Below, piece after piece: positions 10,102-20,058 of a stretch of 64,000 bases of DNA. Position 1 is the stretch's first letter. Each line of letters opens with the position of its first letter. This DNA is from an uncultured bacterium (GTDB lineage Bacteria; Zixibacteria; MSB-5A5; JAABVY01; JAHJOQ01). Made by a program: the position numbers and the translations under genes. The stretch lies in contig CBDUQR010000005.1 in assembly GCA_965369655.1 (NCBI GenBank), positions 23,735 through 87,734 of the forward strand. The letters are read 5' to 3'. Under the pieces are notes generated by a model. That model had not been told where the DNA came from, did no database searches, and saw nothing but the letters and a program-made list of their open reading frames with translations.

Positions 10102-10133
10102 GTCAGACGCTCCTTTGCCGCAAAGGAGTTGAA

Positions 10134-11696
10134 TTGAAACAAGAAATAATCATCAATTGCGATCTGCACGAGATCCGTATTGCAATCCTGGAGAACGACA
10201 AGCTTGTCGAGCTTCTGGTCGAGCGAGCCGGTGAACAACGCAATGTAGGATCGATCCACAAGGGGAAGGTGACTGCTGTACTCCCCGGCATGCAGGCGGC
10301 GTTTCTTGACCTCGGGCTGGAGCGGACCTCGTTCCTTCATATCTCCGACGTCGGAACCGATTCGTCCGCCAGGAGATACGATTTCGAGGTTGAGGATGAC
10401 GAGGGTGACGTTGATGCGGATATCATCCGCAAGACGAGCGTGAGGAATCCAATCGAAAACTTGATCAAGAAGGATCAGGAAATCCTGGTCCAGGTCATCA
10501 AGGAGCCACTTGGAGACAAGGGCGCGCGAGTAAGCACTGCTATAAGTATCCCTGGAAGGTACCTCGTTCTGGTTCCTAACGAGAGGCATATCCGGGTGTC
10601 AAGAAGAATTTCCAACTGGGCTGAGCGCAAGCGTCTGCGCAGGCTGTTGTTCGATCTTCGTCCCGAAGGCTGCGGGCTTATCGTCAGGACCGAGGGGGAG
10701 GGCAAGAACGAGAAGGACTTCAAGAAAGATATCAAGCGTCTTACCAAGATTTGGGACCGAATCAGAAAAACAGCCGACAGGACCTCCGCGCCAAGACTCC
10801 TCCACAAGGACGTCTCGATAACAACCAGCATAATCCGCGACTTCTTCACCAATGACACGGAGCGGGTCGTTGTAGATTCGAGGCAGGACTACAAACAGAT
10901 AATCTCGTTTGTCAAAATGGTTGCGCCATCTCTCCGCGATAAGGTCGAACTGTACAAAGGGAACATCCCGATTTTCGATCTCCATGGAATCGAGGATGAG
11001 ATCGACAGAACATTGAACAGGAAGGTCTGGATCAGGAAAGGATCGTTCATCTGCATCGATCAGACCGAGGCATTGTGGGCTATAGACGTCAACACCGGTC
11101 GGTTCGTCGGGAAAAAGAGTCAGGAAGATACAATTCTCCAGACGAATCTCGATGCCGCGCGTGAAATTGCGAGGCAGATAAGACTGAGAGACCTTGGCGG
11201 GCTGATAATCATAGATTTCATCGATATGTACAGACGTGAGAACAGAAAGAGACTTTTCGAGGATTTCAAGTTGCATTTCAGGAATGATCGAGCCAAAAAC
11301 GCGATAAGCCCTGTATCCGACTACGGCCTTATCGAGATGACGCGCCAGCGGACGCGGCCGTCATTGATCCAGACTTTCTCCGTGCCATGTCCGACATGCC
11401 GGGGATTCGGGCGGGTGCTCTCACATGAAACCATCGCCACGAAAATCGAACGCTGGTTCCAGCGTGCTAAGGCAGCGGCGAGAACGAGGAAATTTGAGCT
11501 TGTAGTGCATCCTGACATCGCGAAATATATTACCGATCCGGAGACAGAAATCCTGCGCAGGTTTTCCAGACGACTAAGGTTCAAAATCCAGCTTGCCGAG
11601 GACAGTACCCTCTCGCCTGAGAATTACAAGGTCATCTCGCTCGATGACAATCTCGAAGTAACCGATCTGTACAAGACGAAGGCAGAAATAAAATAG
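10134..11696 (+). CDS. rng: Rne/Rng family ribonuclease (RNase G-like)
   Basis: S1 domain VLPGMQAAF, QVIKEP, IDVNTG, RLRDLGGLIIIDFIDM, CPTC Zn link. Confidence 0.92.
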   Translation: MKQEIIINCDLHEIRIAILENDKLVELLVERAGEQRNVGSIHKGKVTAVLPGMQAAFLDLGLERTSFLHISDVGTDSSARRYDFEVEDDEGDVDADIIRKTSVRNPIENLIKKDQEILVQVIKEPLGDKGARVSTAISIPGRYLVLVPNERHIRVSRRISNWAERKRLRRLLFDLRPEGCGLIVRTEGEGKNEKDFKKDIKRLTKIWDRIRKTADRTSAPRLLHKDVSITTSIIRDFFTNDTERVVVDSRQDYKQIISFVKMVAPSLRDKVELYKGNIPIFDLHGIEDEIDRTLNRKVWIRKGSFICIDQTEALWAIDVNTGRFVGKKSQEDTILQTNLDAAREIARQIRLRDLGGLIIIDFIDMYRRENRKRLFEDFKLHFRNDRAKNAISPVSDYGLIEMTRQRTRPSLIQTFSVPCPTCRGFGRVLSHETIATKIERWFQRAKAAARTRKFELVVHPDIAKYITDPETEILRRFSRRLRFKIQLAEDSTLSPENYKVISLDDNLEVTDLYKTKAEIK

Positions 11697-11780
11697 CCCC
11701 GTTCATGACAGTACAAGTTGAGAATCGGAAGTGATGCTACCCGTGCAGCGCTTTCATGGCAAACGGAAATAGTCGTTCTT

Positions 11781-12584
11781 TCACCCAAGATCAATGTGTC
11801 TTGATCCGTCTGGAATCGACACGCCTGCCAAGCTTGGTAGACTGCATTCAGAACTCAGGAACTCTGGAATGGTTAGGTCCGCATAACCATGAGCAGCAAG
11901 CAATAACTCCGTTCCCAACGCTGATGGACGAATTACTATGCCATCGGTCTCTACTGTATAATGTACCTTTCGGAGACTATCAGGATTGCCAATGAAGAAA
12001 TTGTCATCGATTAGCCCCTCCTTGTTCAATCCAAACATCACATGTGGCCAAATGAGGTCTGGGTTTTCGTCCGCTGAGACACTGAGTGCTTCCATAAAAA
12101 TTCGCACAGGTACGAAGGTCTGCATCTTGTCTCTGTGTTCCGGAGAAGTAGCAGACAGATTTTGCCCGTCATAAAGCGTTTTGAAGATGGAATAGAATAT
12201 GAAATGGGAGTGAATCTGGTAGGTTGTCATTCTGGAGATCAGCGAAATGAGTGCGGTTGCCCTGTCATCTCTCGGCACAAGACTTCTTGAAGAAGCCAGA
12301 ATACCTCCGAAGTACTCAGCTGACAACTCATCGTCGCAGAATGGAGCCTCCTGCAATATCCCCTTCAGAACTCTTGGTGGTACCGTGCCGGGCTGATCGA
12401 TCCTCTCCCCTAACTTGTTGGCCGCTTTCTTAAACACGACACCTACATTATTAACGGACTTCTGCGTCCAGTCCCGAATACCCTGCCCGAGATAGTCAGC
12501 CGTAGGGCCAAGTATTTTCTCGATGATTTTGACTGATCCGAGTGCGGAACCTAATACGGTAAGGCCTGTCCCAACATCTGTCAA
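11781..12584 (-). CDS. Hypothetical protein, possibly Abi-alpha/DUF4393-like
   Basis: 267-aa ORF; VPPRVLKGILQEAPFCDDELSAEYFGGILASS resembles the Abi-alpha core (recognised by eye only). Confidence 0.55.
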   Translation of the reverse strand: MTDVGTGLTVLGSALGSVKIIEKILGPTADYLGQGIRDWTQKSVNNVGVVFKKAANKLGERIDQPGTVPPRVLKGILQEAPFCDDELSAEYFGGILASSRSLVPRDDRATALISLISRMTTYQIHSHFIFYSIFKTLYDGQNLSATSPEHRDKMQTFVPVRIFMEALSVSADENPDLIWPHVMFGLNKEGLIDDNFFIGNPDSLRKVHYTVETDGIVIRPSALGTELLLAAHGYADLTIPEFLSSECSLPSLAGVSIPDGSRHIDLG

Positions 12585-12642
12585 TTCATGTGTCCTTATG
12601 CAAGATCAGCTTAGTTCACGGAAGCAAATACTATCATCGTGA

Positions 12643-14454
12643 TCAATACGTTCCGTAAAGTTCTTCGCGGTAGTCTTTGATTTCGTGCTGCTCCTGTATT
12701 GTCCTGAACCAGGCCTGGTATGCCCTCTGGCGACCCTCGCCGGTCATCCGCTGCATGATGCTGTCCTGTGCGCTCGTGAATGCCTCGAGATTCGGCGCCT
12801 GTCGTTCGAGGAGTCTGAGGACCGCGGCTCCCTTGCCTGTCATGATCGGTTCGGAGAGTGGACTCTCCTCGGTGAGTCGAAATGCCCTGCCTAAAAAGTA
12901 CGGATCTCTCCCGAGCTTCCTGACCGGATTCTTTCTCGATATCATATTCGTAGTGTAGAATTCCGCGCCGATATCTTCGGCGACCTGTTCGAGGCTCTTG
13001 TCGCCGAGCACCAGGTCGTGAATCTGTTTTGCCTTCTCGAACGCCCTGTCAAAGAGAAGTTTCTGACGGAGGTCGGAGTTTGCCCGCCCGTAGCTCTCTT
13101 CAATACTGCGTATGCTGGCCTGCTTGTATCCGGCCACCTGCACTACCAGGAATCGCCCCGCTTCTTCGATGGGCGTTGATAATTCATCGACATCGTGGGA
13201 GAATGCGAAAATGTTGGAATTGACGGACTGTCCGATCCCACCGCAGTATGTACCTTCCGTGAAATCACCGCTGTTGAGAACCTCGAATCCGAGATTTTTC
13301 GCCGCAGTTTCAAAACCAACGTTGCCGGCTTCTTCGATCAGGCTCTGCGCCGCATTGGACAGATCGGTGATAGTCTGTCCCGATGGCTTGAACTTCATGA
13401 GTATATGGCTCGCGTGGATTTCTTTCTTGCCGTCGTCGGTTTCCCGCTCGCCGGTTTTGAGAATTATATGCCAGCCGAATTGTGTCTTCACAGGTTCGGA
13501 CAGGTCTCCCGAATCCGCCAGCGCAAACGCAGCCTCTTCAAACTCCTGGACCATTGCGCCTTTGCCGAACCATCCGAGGTCTCCGCCATTCTGGGCTGAG
13601 CCGTCCTCGGAGATATTCTGTGCAAGCAGTGCGAAATCGGAGCCATCTTTAAGTTCATCTAAGATGCTCTGGATGTCTTCTCTGAGCGCAAGACTGTCGC
13701 TCTCGGTCGGCTCTTTTTTGAACTCGACATAGTTCAGCGACGCCTCGGCGCCTTTATAGTATCTGTCCTGATGACTATTGTAATACTCGATGACATCCGA
13801 ACTGTCGTTGACAATCTCAGGATCATCCTGTTGATCAGCCAGGATCAGCGCGTATTCGAGTTTGATCTGTTCGTTCTTGTCGATGAATTCCTCTTTGACG
13901 TCCTCGCTGGTTACTCGACCGCCCGTTACCGCTATCTCCTGCAGCTTGAGGGTCACGAGATCATTTCGCGATAAGGCTTCGAGTTCAACCCAGAACTGCT
14001 CGAACCGCGGATCCTGCATTGTCGAGAGATATTTCTGGTAGTCGAATGTGCCCTGCTCAGTCTGGAATTCGGGATGCTGCTGGATAAACTGAGGCGGAAA
14101 TCTTTTCATGTGCTCGGCCAGTTCGACATTCGTGAGGGTCAGCCCGAGTCTCTCGTAGATGTGTCTGTTCACGATGTCGGTGACCAGGTCTACCCATGCG
14201 CGGTTGCGGATTTCCAGCATCTCATCGGAGCTGATCTCCCGCTGTGAGGAACGGGACGCCTGCTGGTAGTAGTTGTCCACGATCCTGGAATATATCTGGT
14301 AATCGATTTCTTCACCGTCAATTTCGCCGATGATGCCTTTTTGTCCCTTCGGTCTATTGACATCGGCGCCCCAGGCGAATATGATCGTGCCGACGAACGC
14401 CGCGATAACGATGTATAAGAAGGCTTTACTGAACTTACGAAATTCCTGTAACAT
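12643..14454 (-). CDS. ppiD: PpiD/SurA-like periplasmic peptidyl-prolyl isomerase
   Basis: N-terminal anchor and SurA_N region; parvulin motif FALLAQNISEDGSAQNGGDLGWF...VKTQFGWHII. Confidence 0.85.
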   Translation of the reverse strand: MLQEFRKFSKAFLYIVIAAFVGTIIFAWGADVNRPKGQKGIIGEIDGEEIDYQIYSRIVDNYYQQASRSSQREISSDEMLEIRNRAWVDLVTDIVNRHIYERLGLTLTNVELAEHMKRFPPQFIQQHPEFQTEQGTFDYQKYLSTMQDPRFEQFWVELEALSRNDLVTLKLQEIAVTGGRVTSEDVKEEFIDKNEQIKLEYALILADQQDDPEIVNDSSDVIEYYNSHQDRYYKGAEASLNYVEFKKEPTESDSLALREDIQSILDELKDGSDFALLAQNISEDGSAQNGGDLGWFGKGAMVQEFEEAAFALADSGDLSEPVKTQFGWHIILKTGERETDDGKKEIHASHILMKFKPSGQTITDLSNAAQSLIEEAGNVGFETAAKNLGFEVLNSGDFTEGTYCGGIGQSVNSNIFAFSHDVDELSTPIEEAGRFLVVQVAGYKQASIRSIEESYGRANSDLRQKLLFDRAFEKAKQIHDLVLGDKSLEQVAEDIGAEFYTTNMISRKNPVRKLGRDPYFLGRAFRLTEESPLSEPIMTGKGAAVLRLLERQAPNLEAFTSAQDSIMQRMTGEGRQRAYQAWFRTIQEQHEIKDYREELYGTY

Positions 14455-14580
14455 ATTTCCGCCAATTCCTATCTAAGTTAAGAGCATCAAGAAAATCACA
14501 ATTGGTAAATATAGGTATAGTATCGGCAGAATCGCAAGCTTTTTTTGGCTATTCCGCGGTCGTGTGGGCTTGGGGTTCCT

Positions 14581-14628
14581 GTCATTCCGGTGTAAACCCT
14601 TCGCTCTGCTCAGGACCCGCCGGAATCC
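14581..14628. repeat. GTCATTCCGG...CCGGAATCC palindromic repeat with an inserted CCCTTCGCTCTGCTCAGGAC unit
   Basis: Direct reading of the sequence; the same micro-unit recurs elsewhere in the window. Confidence 0.55.
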
Positions 14629-15025
14629 ATCTTTCCGTGCTCGTCGGAGCTGTGGCCCGACGAAATGCGCAGAGGCACACTGAGAGCTGTGAGAAAACCG
14701 AGTGGCAGGACCGCTCCGCTGCCCTACTCGACTACTCGATTCCGCCTTCAGTGATTCCAGCATGGACAGAAGATGGCTACTCGACTAATTGCAAACGATT
14801 ACATCTTTTTTCTGAGATTAGTCAGAGATTTGTGTTGACACAGCTCTTGCACCTGAGTTACATTTATATTGAGAGTTAAGATGTGCATGAAGAGCACAGT
14901 CTTTCTGGCTTGATAGAATGCCCGTTTATTGCGGGTATTGAGTAATGGTGTGCTGGATTGGCCGGGCAGGCTGTAACAGTTTAGAAAGAAAAAGAATCTT
15001 TCAATAAAGCAGCGGGAGGTATTAG

Positions 15026-15943
15026 ATGAAATTTGCGGAATTATTTGCAATTTGGATGGTATTGGCGGTTTTTTTCGCCGTACCTGCTTTTGCGCAGGAT
15101 ACTGGCGTACTTGACACATGCCGATGGATACCTGACGACACGACTTGGACGATCGATTCCCTGGGAGATTCGCTCTTCTCGATCGAGCTCTTCGGCTGGA
15201 CGGACCAGAGTATGACAGCTCTTTCACTCGGTTTCAAGATCCCGACGAGTTCCGGTGGCGGCACTGGCCATGATGACTCACTGATAGTGGTTGACACATT
15301 TATTTACACTATGTCGACGAGCATGCCAGTACCATGGGGCTGGAGTGCGGTGGATTCAGCGCGCTTCGCAAATGCTAATATACGGCACAGCGAGTTCAAT
15401 GGCTGCCTGCTCGGACGGATCTATCCGACCTTTCCTCCGAGTACGTCATCGAAAATTGGCGATTTCATAATCAAGATTCCTGATCCCACCGTGCTGCCGA
15501 ATGAATTCGACATAACTATCGACTCGGTCTTTTTCCCGCCTGCTGGGTCTTTCAAGTTCTCTCCTTCTGTAGGTTTAGGCTACGCGCCGCAATATGTAGG
15601 CGCGACAATTCATGTCATCATTAATATCAATGATGCCGATGATAACTTTGGTGAGATTAAACCTGAGTCGTACAACCTCAATCAGAACACTCCGAATCCG
15701 TTCAACCCATCGACCACAATCAGCTTCTATAACGAAGCGAAAGGTCATGTCAATCTGGCCATCTATAACCTGCTTGGTCAGAAGGTCAAGACGCTCATCG
15801 ACTGGGAGATGGCGTCTGGACCGCAAGATGTGCTGTGGGATGGTACCGACAATAACGGCGAGAACGTTTCAAGCGGTATTTATTTCTACAGGCTTTCTGC
15901 CGGAGAATTCTACGATATCAAGAAGATGATGCTTCTGAAGTAA
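15026..15943 (+). CDS. Secreted protein with C-terminal FlgD-Ig/'T9SS type A-like' domain
   Basis: Signal peptide (AFA-Q); LNQNTPNPFNPSTTI...IYNLLGQKV..L...WDG...SSGIYFYRL...KKMMLLK. Confidence 0.85.
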   Translation: MKFAELFAIWMVLAVFFAVPAFAQDTGVLDTCRWIPDDTTWTIDSLGDSLFSIELFGWTDQSMTALSLGFKIPTSSGGGTGHDDSLIVVDTFIYTMSTSMPVPWGWSAVDSARFANANIRHSEFNGCLLGRIYPTFPPSTSSKIGDFIIKIPDPTVLPNEFDITIDSVFFPPAGSFKFSPSVGLGYAPQYVGATIHVIININDADDNFGEIKPESYNLNQNTPNPFNPSTTISFYNEAKGHVNLAIYNLLGQKVKTLIDWEMASGPQDVLWDGTDNNGENVSSGIYFYRLSAGEFYDIKKMMLLK

Positions 15944-16150
15944 TCATCGTAATGATACGCGATTCAAGCCCCCTTCGTTTGAAGGGGGCTTTTTTGTGTC
16001 CGCCATGGCGTGATGTGCCAAATAGACAGGGCACGATTCGATCAGCGAGTGCGACCTCTTAACTAATATTGGATCAATGGGTTATGACGCAGCATCTCGT
16101 CAAGCACACGAAATCTGTTGACTTATGTTGGGCCATTCTGTAAGTTTCTG
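15650..16150 (+). repeat. Direct repeat, copy 1 (C-terminal domain + terminator + next promoter); copy 2 at ~17127-17642
   Basis: Coding tail nearly identical between copies; similarity decays but persists through the terminator and TTGACT...TAAGTT. Confidence 0.85.
15966..15995 (+). terminator. Rho-independent terminator
   Basis: AAGCCCCCTTC-GTTT-GAAGGGGGCTTTTTT. Confidence 0.88.
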
Positions 16151-16172
16151 GTAATGCAGTAGGAGGTAACTG

Positions 16173-17420
16173 ATGCAACTCATCCGGAACTTTGCAATCG
16201 CGCTGACGATAGTGTTTGTCTTTGTATCACCCGTCTTCTCTAATATCAATGCTGACCCTAATCCAAACGAGGCTCCTGCGTTTGATGATGATACCAGAAT
16301 TTCTTATCAGGTCCTGGAGGGCGAGAATCTGAACTTCCAGGTGGCGGCTGTCGATCCTGACGGCACGACGCCGACGTTGACTGGCGAGTTATTGCCGCCA
16401 AACGCAACATTCGTGGACAACGGTGACGGTACAGGCACATTCGATTTCACTCCTGATATTGGGACAGAGGGTACTATCTACAATGTCAGACTCATCGCCT
16501 CTGATGGTAGTCTTGCCGACACCATAACCGTCAGGGTTTCAGTTGTCATTGATACTGACGTTAGGGATACGCTCAGGCTCGAGCTTCCCGGCGACTGGGT
16601 CATCACAACACCCGATGACAGTTCGTATAGTGTTGAAGTATGGGCTTGGACTGATGACACAATCATCACCGGGTTGACGATCCCCCTCAGGTTGACAATG
16701 TCAGGCCCGCATTACACTCCGGAGAAATTCGATTCCCTGGTTGTGGTGGATAAGTTTGTAAAAGACGCTGGTTTCAATCCCATGACGATTAATTTCAGGA
16801 GAAGTGTCCTGAAGAACGACGTATCCTATCCAGCCAGTGACACGGACGAGGATTATGGGTTCGTTGGCGCGGTGGTCTCGCCGTTGAACATTGGGACATC
16901 AACCGTGCTCAATATCGGTTCGCCGACACTAATGGGCGAGTTGATTCTTAAGATCCGCCATCCTGACCAATTGCCGCAGAATTTCACGATTGAAATTGAT
17001 TCAGTGATCTATCCACCGTTTAGCACTCTGAAGTTCTCTCCCCTCGATAGATTTGGTTTTCCTCCATATTTCCAGAAAGTGACAATCCCGGTCAGTAATG
17101 TCCCTCTGGACGCGGAAGAGGATCTCGGCGAGATCAAGCCTGAGTCATACAGGCTCAATCAGAACACTCCGAATCCGTTCAACCCTTCGACGACAATCAG
17201 CTTCTATAACGAAGCGAAAGGGCATGTCAATCTGGCTATCTATAACCTGCTTGGTCAGAGGGTCAAGACGCTCATCGACTGGGAGATGGCGTCTGGACCG
17301 CAAGATGTGCTGTGGGATGGTACCGACAATAGCGGCGAGAACGTTTCGAGCGGTATTTATTTCTACAGGCTTTCTGCCGGAGACTTCCACGATATCAAGA
17401 AGATGATGCTTCTGAAGTAA
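16173..17420 (+). CDS. Paralogous secreted protein: cadherin/Ig-like domain + middle domain + FlgD-Ig tail
   Basis: AGGAGG RBS and signal peptide; NEAP...DPDG...ATFVDNGDGTGTFDFTP Ig repeat; same C-terminal tail as 15026..15943. Confidence 0.85.
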   Translation: MQLIRNFAIALTIVFVFVSPVFSNINADPNPNEAPAFDDDTRISYQVLEGENLNFQVAAVDPDGTTPTLTGELLPPNATFVDNGDGTGTFDFTPDIGTEGTIYNVRLIASDGSLADTITVRVSVVIDTDVRDTLRLELPGDWVITTPDDSSYSVEVWAWTDDTIITGLTIPLRLTMSGPHYTPEKFDSLVVVDKFVKDAGFNPMTINFRRSVLKNDVSYPASDTDEDYGFVGAVVSPLNIGTSTVLNIGSPTLMGELILKIRHPDQLPQNFTIEIDSVIYPPFSTLKFSPLDRFGFPPYFQKVTIPVSNVPLDAEEDLGEIKPESYRLNQNTPNPFNPSTTISFYNEAKGHVNLAIYNLLGQRVKTLIDWEMASGPQDVLWDGTDNSGENVSSGIYFYRLSAGDFHDIKKMMLLK

Positions 17421-17442
17421 TCATCGTAGTGATACACGATTC

Positions 17443-17470
17443 AAGCCCCTTCCGTACGGAGGGGGCTTTT
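17443..17470 (+). terminator. Rho-independent terminator
   Basis: AAGCCCCTTCC-GTAC-GGAGGGGGCTTTT. Confidence 0.85.
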
Positions 17471-17686
17471 GTATGCCGCCATGGCGCAACATGTCATATT
17501 GGCAGCGTGTGGTTTGCGTGACGCTGCTGAGTTGGATGTCTATGGCTGAGACTCTAACTTGTGCTGTGTCAATGGGTTATAGCGCAGAATGCAGGCAAAT
17601 ACGCGAAATATGTTGACTTCTGTTCAGTTATTCAGTAAGTTCTTTTGTTATTCTGAATGGGTTGATTTGTCTATAATAGACTATAT

Positions 17687-19882
17687 ATGATATCTTTCAC
17701 AGACAGCAGGTTCATCATCGGCAAAGAAGAGTTCGCTCCGTACGCTGCCGAGATGCACTATTTCCGGATTCCAAAGAGATACTGGTCGATCTGTTTCGAG
17801 CGGATCAGGCGCGCCGGCTTCCGGATTATATCTACGGTAGTGCCATGGAATCTCCATGAGGATGACAACCGGGAATTCGACTTCTCCGGGTTTACTGATC
17901 CTTCCAAGGATCTCATTGTTTTTGTGGAGCTTGTCAGGGAATTCGGCTTCAAGCTGATCCTGAGGCCGGGACCGTGGCTGTTCTCGGAGTACAATGGAAA
18001 CGGGCTTCCCCGCTTCCTCGAGAAGTATCCTGAGATATTTGCGCGGGACAAAGACGGCAAACTCGTCCGTTCTGTCAACCGGGCCGACGTTCCGGCCTGC
18101 TATGTTCCATCGATTGGGCATCCACGCTACCTGAATTTCATCAGGCATTATCTGAACGGACTAACGGAGATCGTCAAGAATTACGTCTATCCGCGCGGAC
18201 CACTTTTCATGCTCGAACTCGATTCCGAGAACTATTTCGGCAAGCATCTGGAGCCGCATCTGACGGACTACAACGAGCATGTCGTCAAAGAGGTGTATCC
18301 GAGGTGGCTGGAAGAGAAGTACCAGGAGATTAAGCACTTGAACAAGGCCTATTCTTCCAGGTACAAGAGCTTTGGCGAGGTGGAGCCACCGATGGAATTC
18401 GTCGACGTACCTCCGAAGGATATGGCCATAGTCTACGATTGGTTCAGGTTCAAGGAGTTTCTTCTCGACGATTTCCAGACGGAACTTCGCGAAATGTACA
18501 AGACGTTCTCGTGCGAGCCTATGTTTATCAAGACACTCTCCTTTTCCAACAATTTCCAGTCGCCGGTCACAAGTTCCCGTGCTCCATCCGAGAGCGGTTT
18601 TCTCGGCGCATCGCTTAGCTGGGATATAAGCACCGGCGAAAATCTCGAAAGAGTCAGGCACTTGAGAACGGTTTCTGCATTTCCATACTTATCGGAGTTG
18701 CCGGTAGGCAACTGGAGCTACAGCCCCGAACGGAGCAAAGAGTACTACCCAATTGGTGCGGACGCTACTCGCTACATGGTCACTGTCGCTCTTGCGGGAG
18801 GTGTCAAGGGTATGACGTACCATATGCTCGCCGGAAGAGACTACTGGTATGGCGCGGCTCTTGCATCCGATGGCACTATCCAGGAGTCGTATGAGCTCAT
18901 AAAGACTCTCAATATAAGCGCGCAGGAGAACGAGATATACTCGTTCGAGCCGGTCGGTGAAATCGGGCTTGTGACATACAGGCCCTACACCTGGGAGTCG
19001 ATCCTCGAAGAGAACGGCAAGCAGAAATCCCCGACTCACCATCTTATGAGCACCACCATGCCCGGGATCGGTCGTGACCTCGATATGTTGAAGTTCGATT
19101 ATGGCGTGCCTGACCTAAGCGTTCCGGCGAGTGTCGAGAAGTTCAAGACGCTCATAATTCCGATTTCCGATGTGATGGACGAGAATGAGCAGAAATTCAT
19201 CGTTGAGCTCGCCAGGAAAGGCCACAATATCGTCCTGATCGGAGTGTTACCGCAGTTCGATACGGCTCGGCAGAGTTGCACCATCCTCGCATCCGCTCTC
19301 AGGTGCAAGATGACCTCTGATCTGAGCCTTGGTCAGGTGACTGGCGAGGGTCAGGAGTTCACATCGATGTTGTTCGGTACGCTTCGGACGACCGAGAAGA
19401 GGAAACGGATACTCGCGAAGGTGTCGCAGAAGGTTGTGGCTTTGTCGTACTCGAAATTCAAGGGGGATGTTATTCTGATTTCGTTTGATCCGTCATCGGA
19501 ATCGAATCACCACAAGATGATTTTCCTCGAGAGTATCCTGCTGAGTTTCAAGATCAGGAGATATGTCGAGACTTCGAATCCGCGCATAAGAGCGATTGTT
19601 CATCGCAGAGAAAATGATGTGCTATTGCTGCTGCTGAACTCGAACCCGTCCCTGCAGTTCAAGGACGAAACTCCCGCGCCGACAAAGACCGCCGTGAGAC
19701 TCGATCTGAAGGCTCTCGGTCTGAAGAGCGCCCGGATCAGGATGACCGAGTTGTTCAGCGGCGAAGTCATCGATACGACCGCAACGCAGCTTGCCAACGG
19801 TATTCCTATCACCATGACCCATCTGGATGGACGCGCCTACCTGATCTCGAAAAAACGGCCTGTACAGGCTGCGGATTCCTGA
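17687..19882 (+). CDS. GH35/GH42-like beta-galactosidase family glycoside hydrolase
   Basis: EMHYFRIP..YW, VPWNLHE, LILRPGPW..SE...GLP, putative acid/base LDSE and nucleophile YLSEL; trimerisation-like C-terminus; no signal peptide. Confidence 0.8.
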   Translation: MISFTDSRFIIGKEEFAPYAAEMHYFRIPKRYWSICFERIRRAGFRIISTVVPWNLHEDDNREFDFSGFTDPSKDLIVFVELVREFGFKLILRPGPWLFSEYNGNGLPRFLEKYPEIFARDKDGKLVRSVNRADVPACYVPSIGHPRYLNFIRHYLNGLTEIVKNYVYPRGPLFMLELDSENYFGKHLEPHLTDYNEHVVKEVYPRWLEEKYQEIKHLNKAYSSRYKSFGEVEPPMEFVDVPPKDMAIVYDWFRFKEFLLDDFQTELREMYKTFSCEPMFIKTLSFSNNFQSPVTSSRAPSESGFLGASLSWDISTGENLERVRHLRTVSAFPYLSELPVGNWSYSPERSKEYYPIGADATRYMVTVALAGGVKGMTYHMLAGRDYWYGAALASDGTIQESYELIKTLNISAQENEIYSFEPVGEIGLVTYRPYTWESILEENGKQKSPTHHLMSTTMPGIGRDLDMLKFDYGVPDLSVPASVEKFKTLIIPISDVMDENEQKFIVELARKGHNIVLIGVLPQFDTARQSCTILASALRCKMTSDLSLGQVTGEGQEFTSMLFGTLRTTEKRKRILAKVSQKVVALSYSKFKGDVILISFDPSSESNHHKMIFLESILLSFKIRRYVETSNPRIRAIVHRRENDVLLLLLNSNPSLQFKDETPAPTKTAVRLDLKALGLKSARIRMTELFSGEVIDTTATQLANGIPITMTHLDGRAYLISKKRPVQAADS

Positions 19883-19936
19883 TTCCAGGGGCGAATCTTC
19901 TTCTCTGTTGAAGAGGTAGAAGCGATCTGTCCGGTC

Positions 19937-19963
19937 TGGAACATCGAACAGTCTTCCCCCGTA
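19937..19963 (+). promoter_or_regulatory. Putative ECF-sigma promoter upstream of degP
   Basis: TGGAAC-N17-CGTA, similar to the TGAAAC-N16-CGTA site upstream of the ECF sigma gene. Confidence 0.5.
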
Positions 19964-20058
19964 TACTGATATGAGTTGTCGCGAACTGTCATGATTTTGC
20001 TTGACATGGTTTGCGTTATAGGTATATTGCTGGTCTGTCGAGGATGGAGGTGAATCAC

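Noticed and set aside
14473-15000. Structured ncRNA (RNase P, SRP, tmRNA) or short ORFs between ppiD and the secreted protein
   Set aside because: No diagnostic conserved motifs were recognised; the hairpins are explained by REP-like repeats. An Rfam scan would be needed to exclude an ncRNA fully.
15650-17420. Diversity-generating retroelement (TR/VR pair) suggested by the duplicated C-terminal region
   Set aside because: Differences are mostly synonymous and not adenine-specific (T/C and C/G changes occur), both copies are coding, and no reverse transcriptase is in the window.
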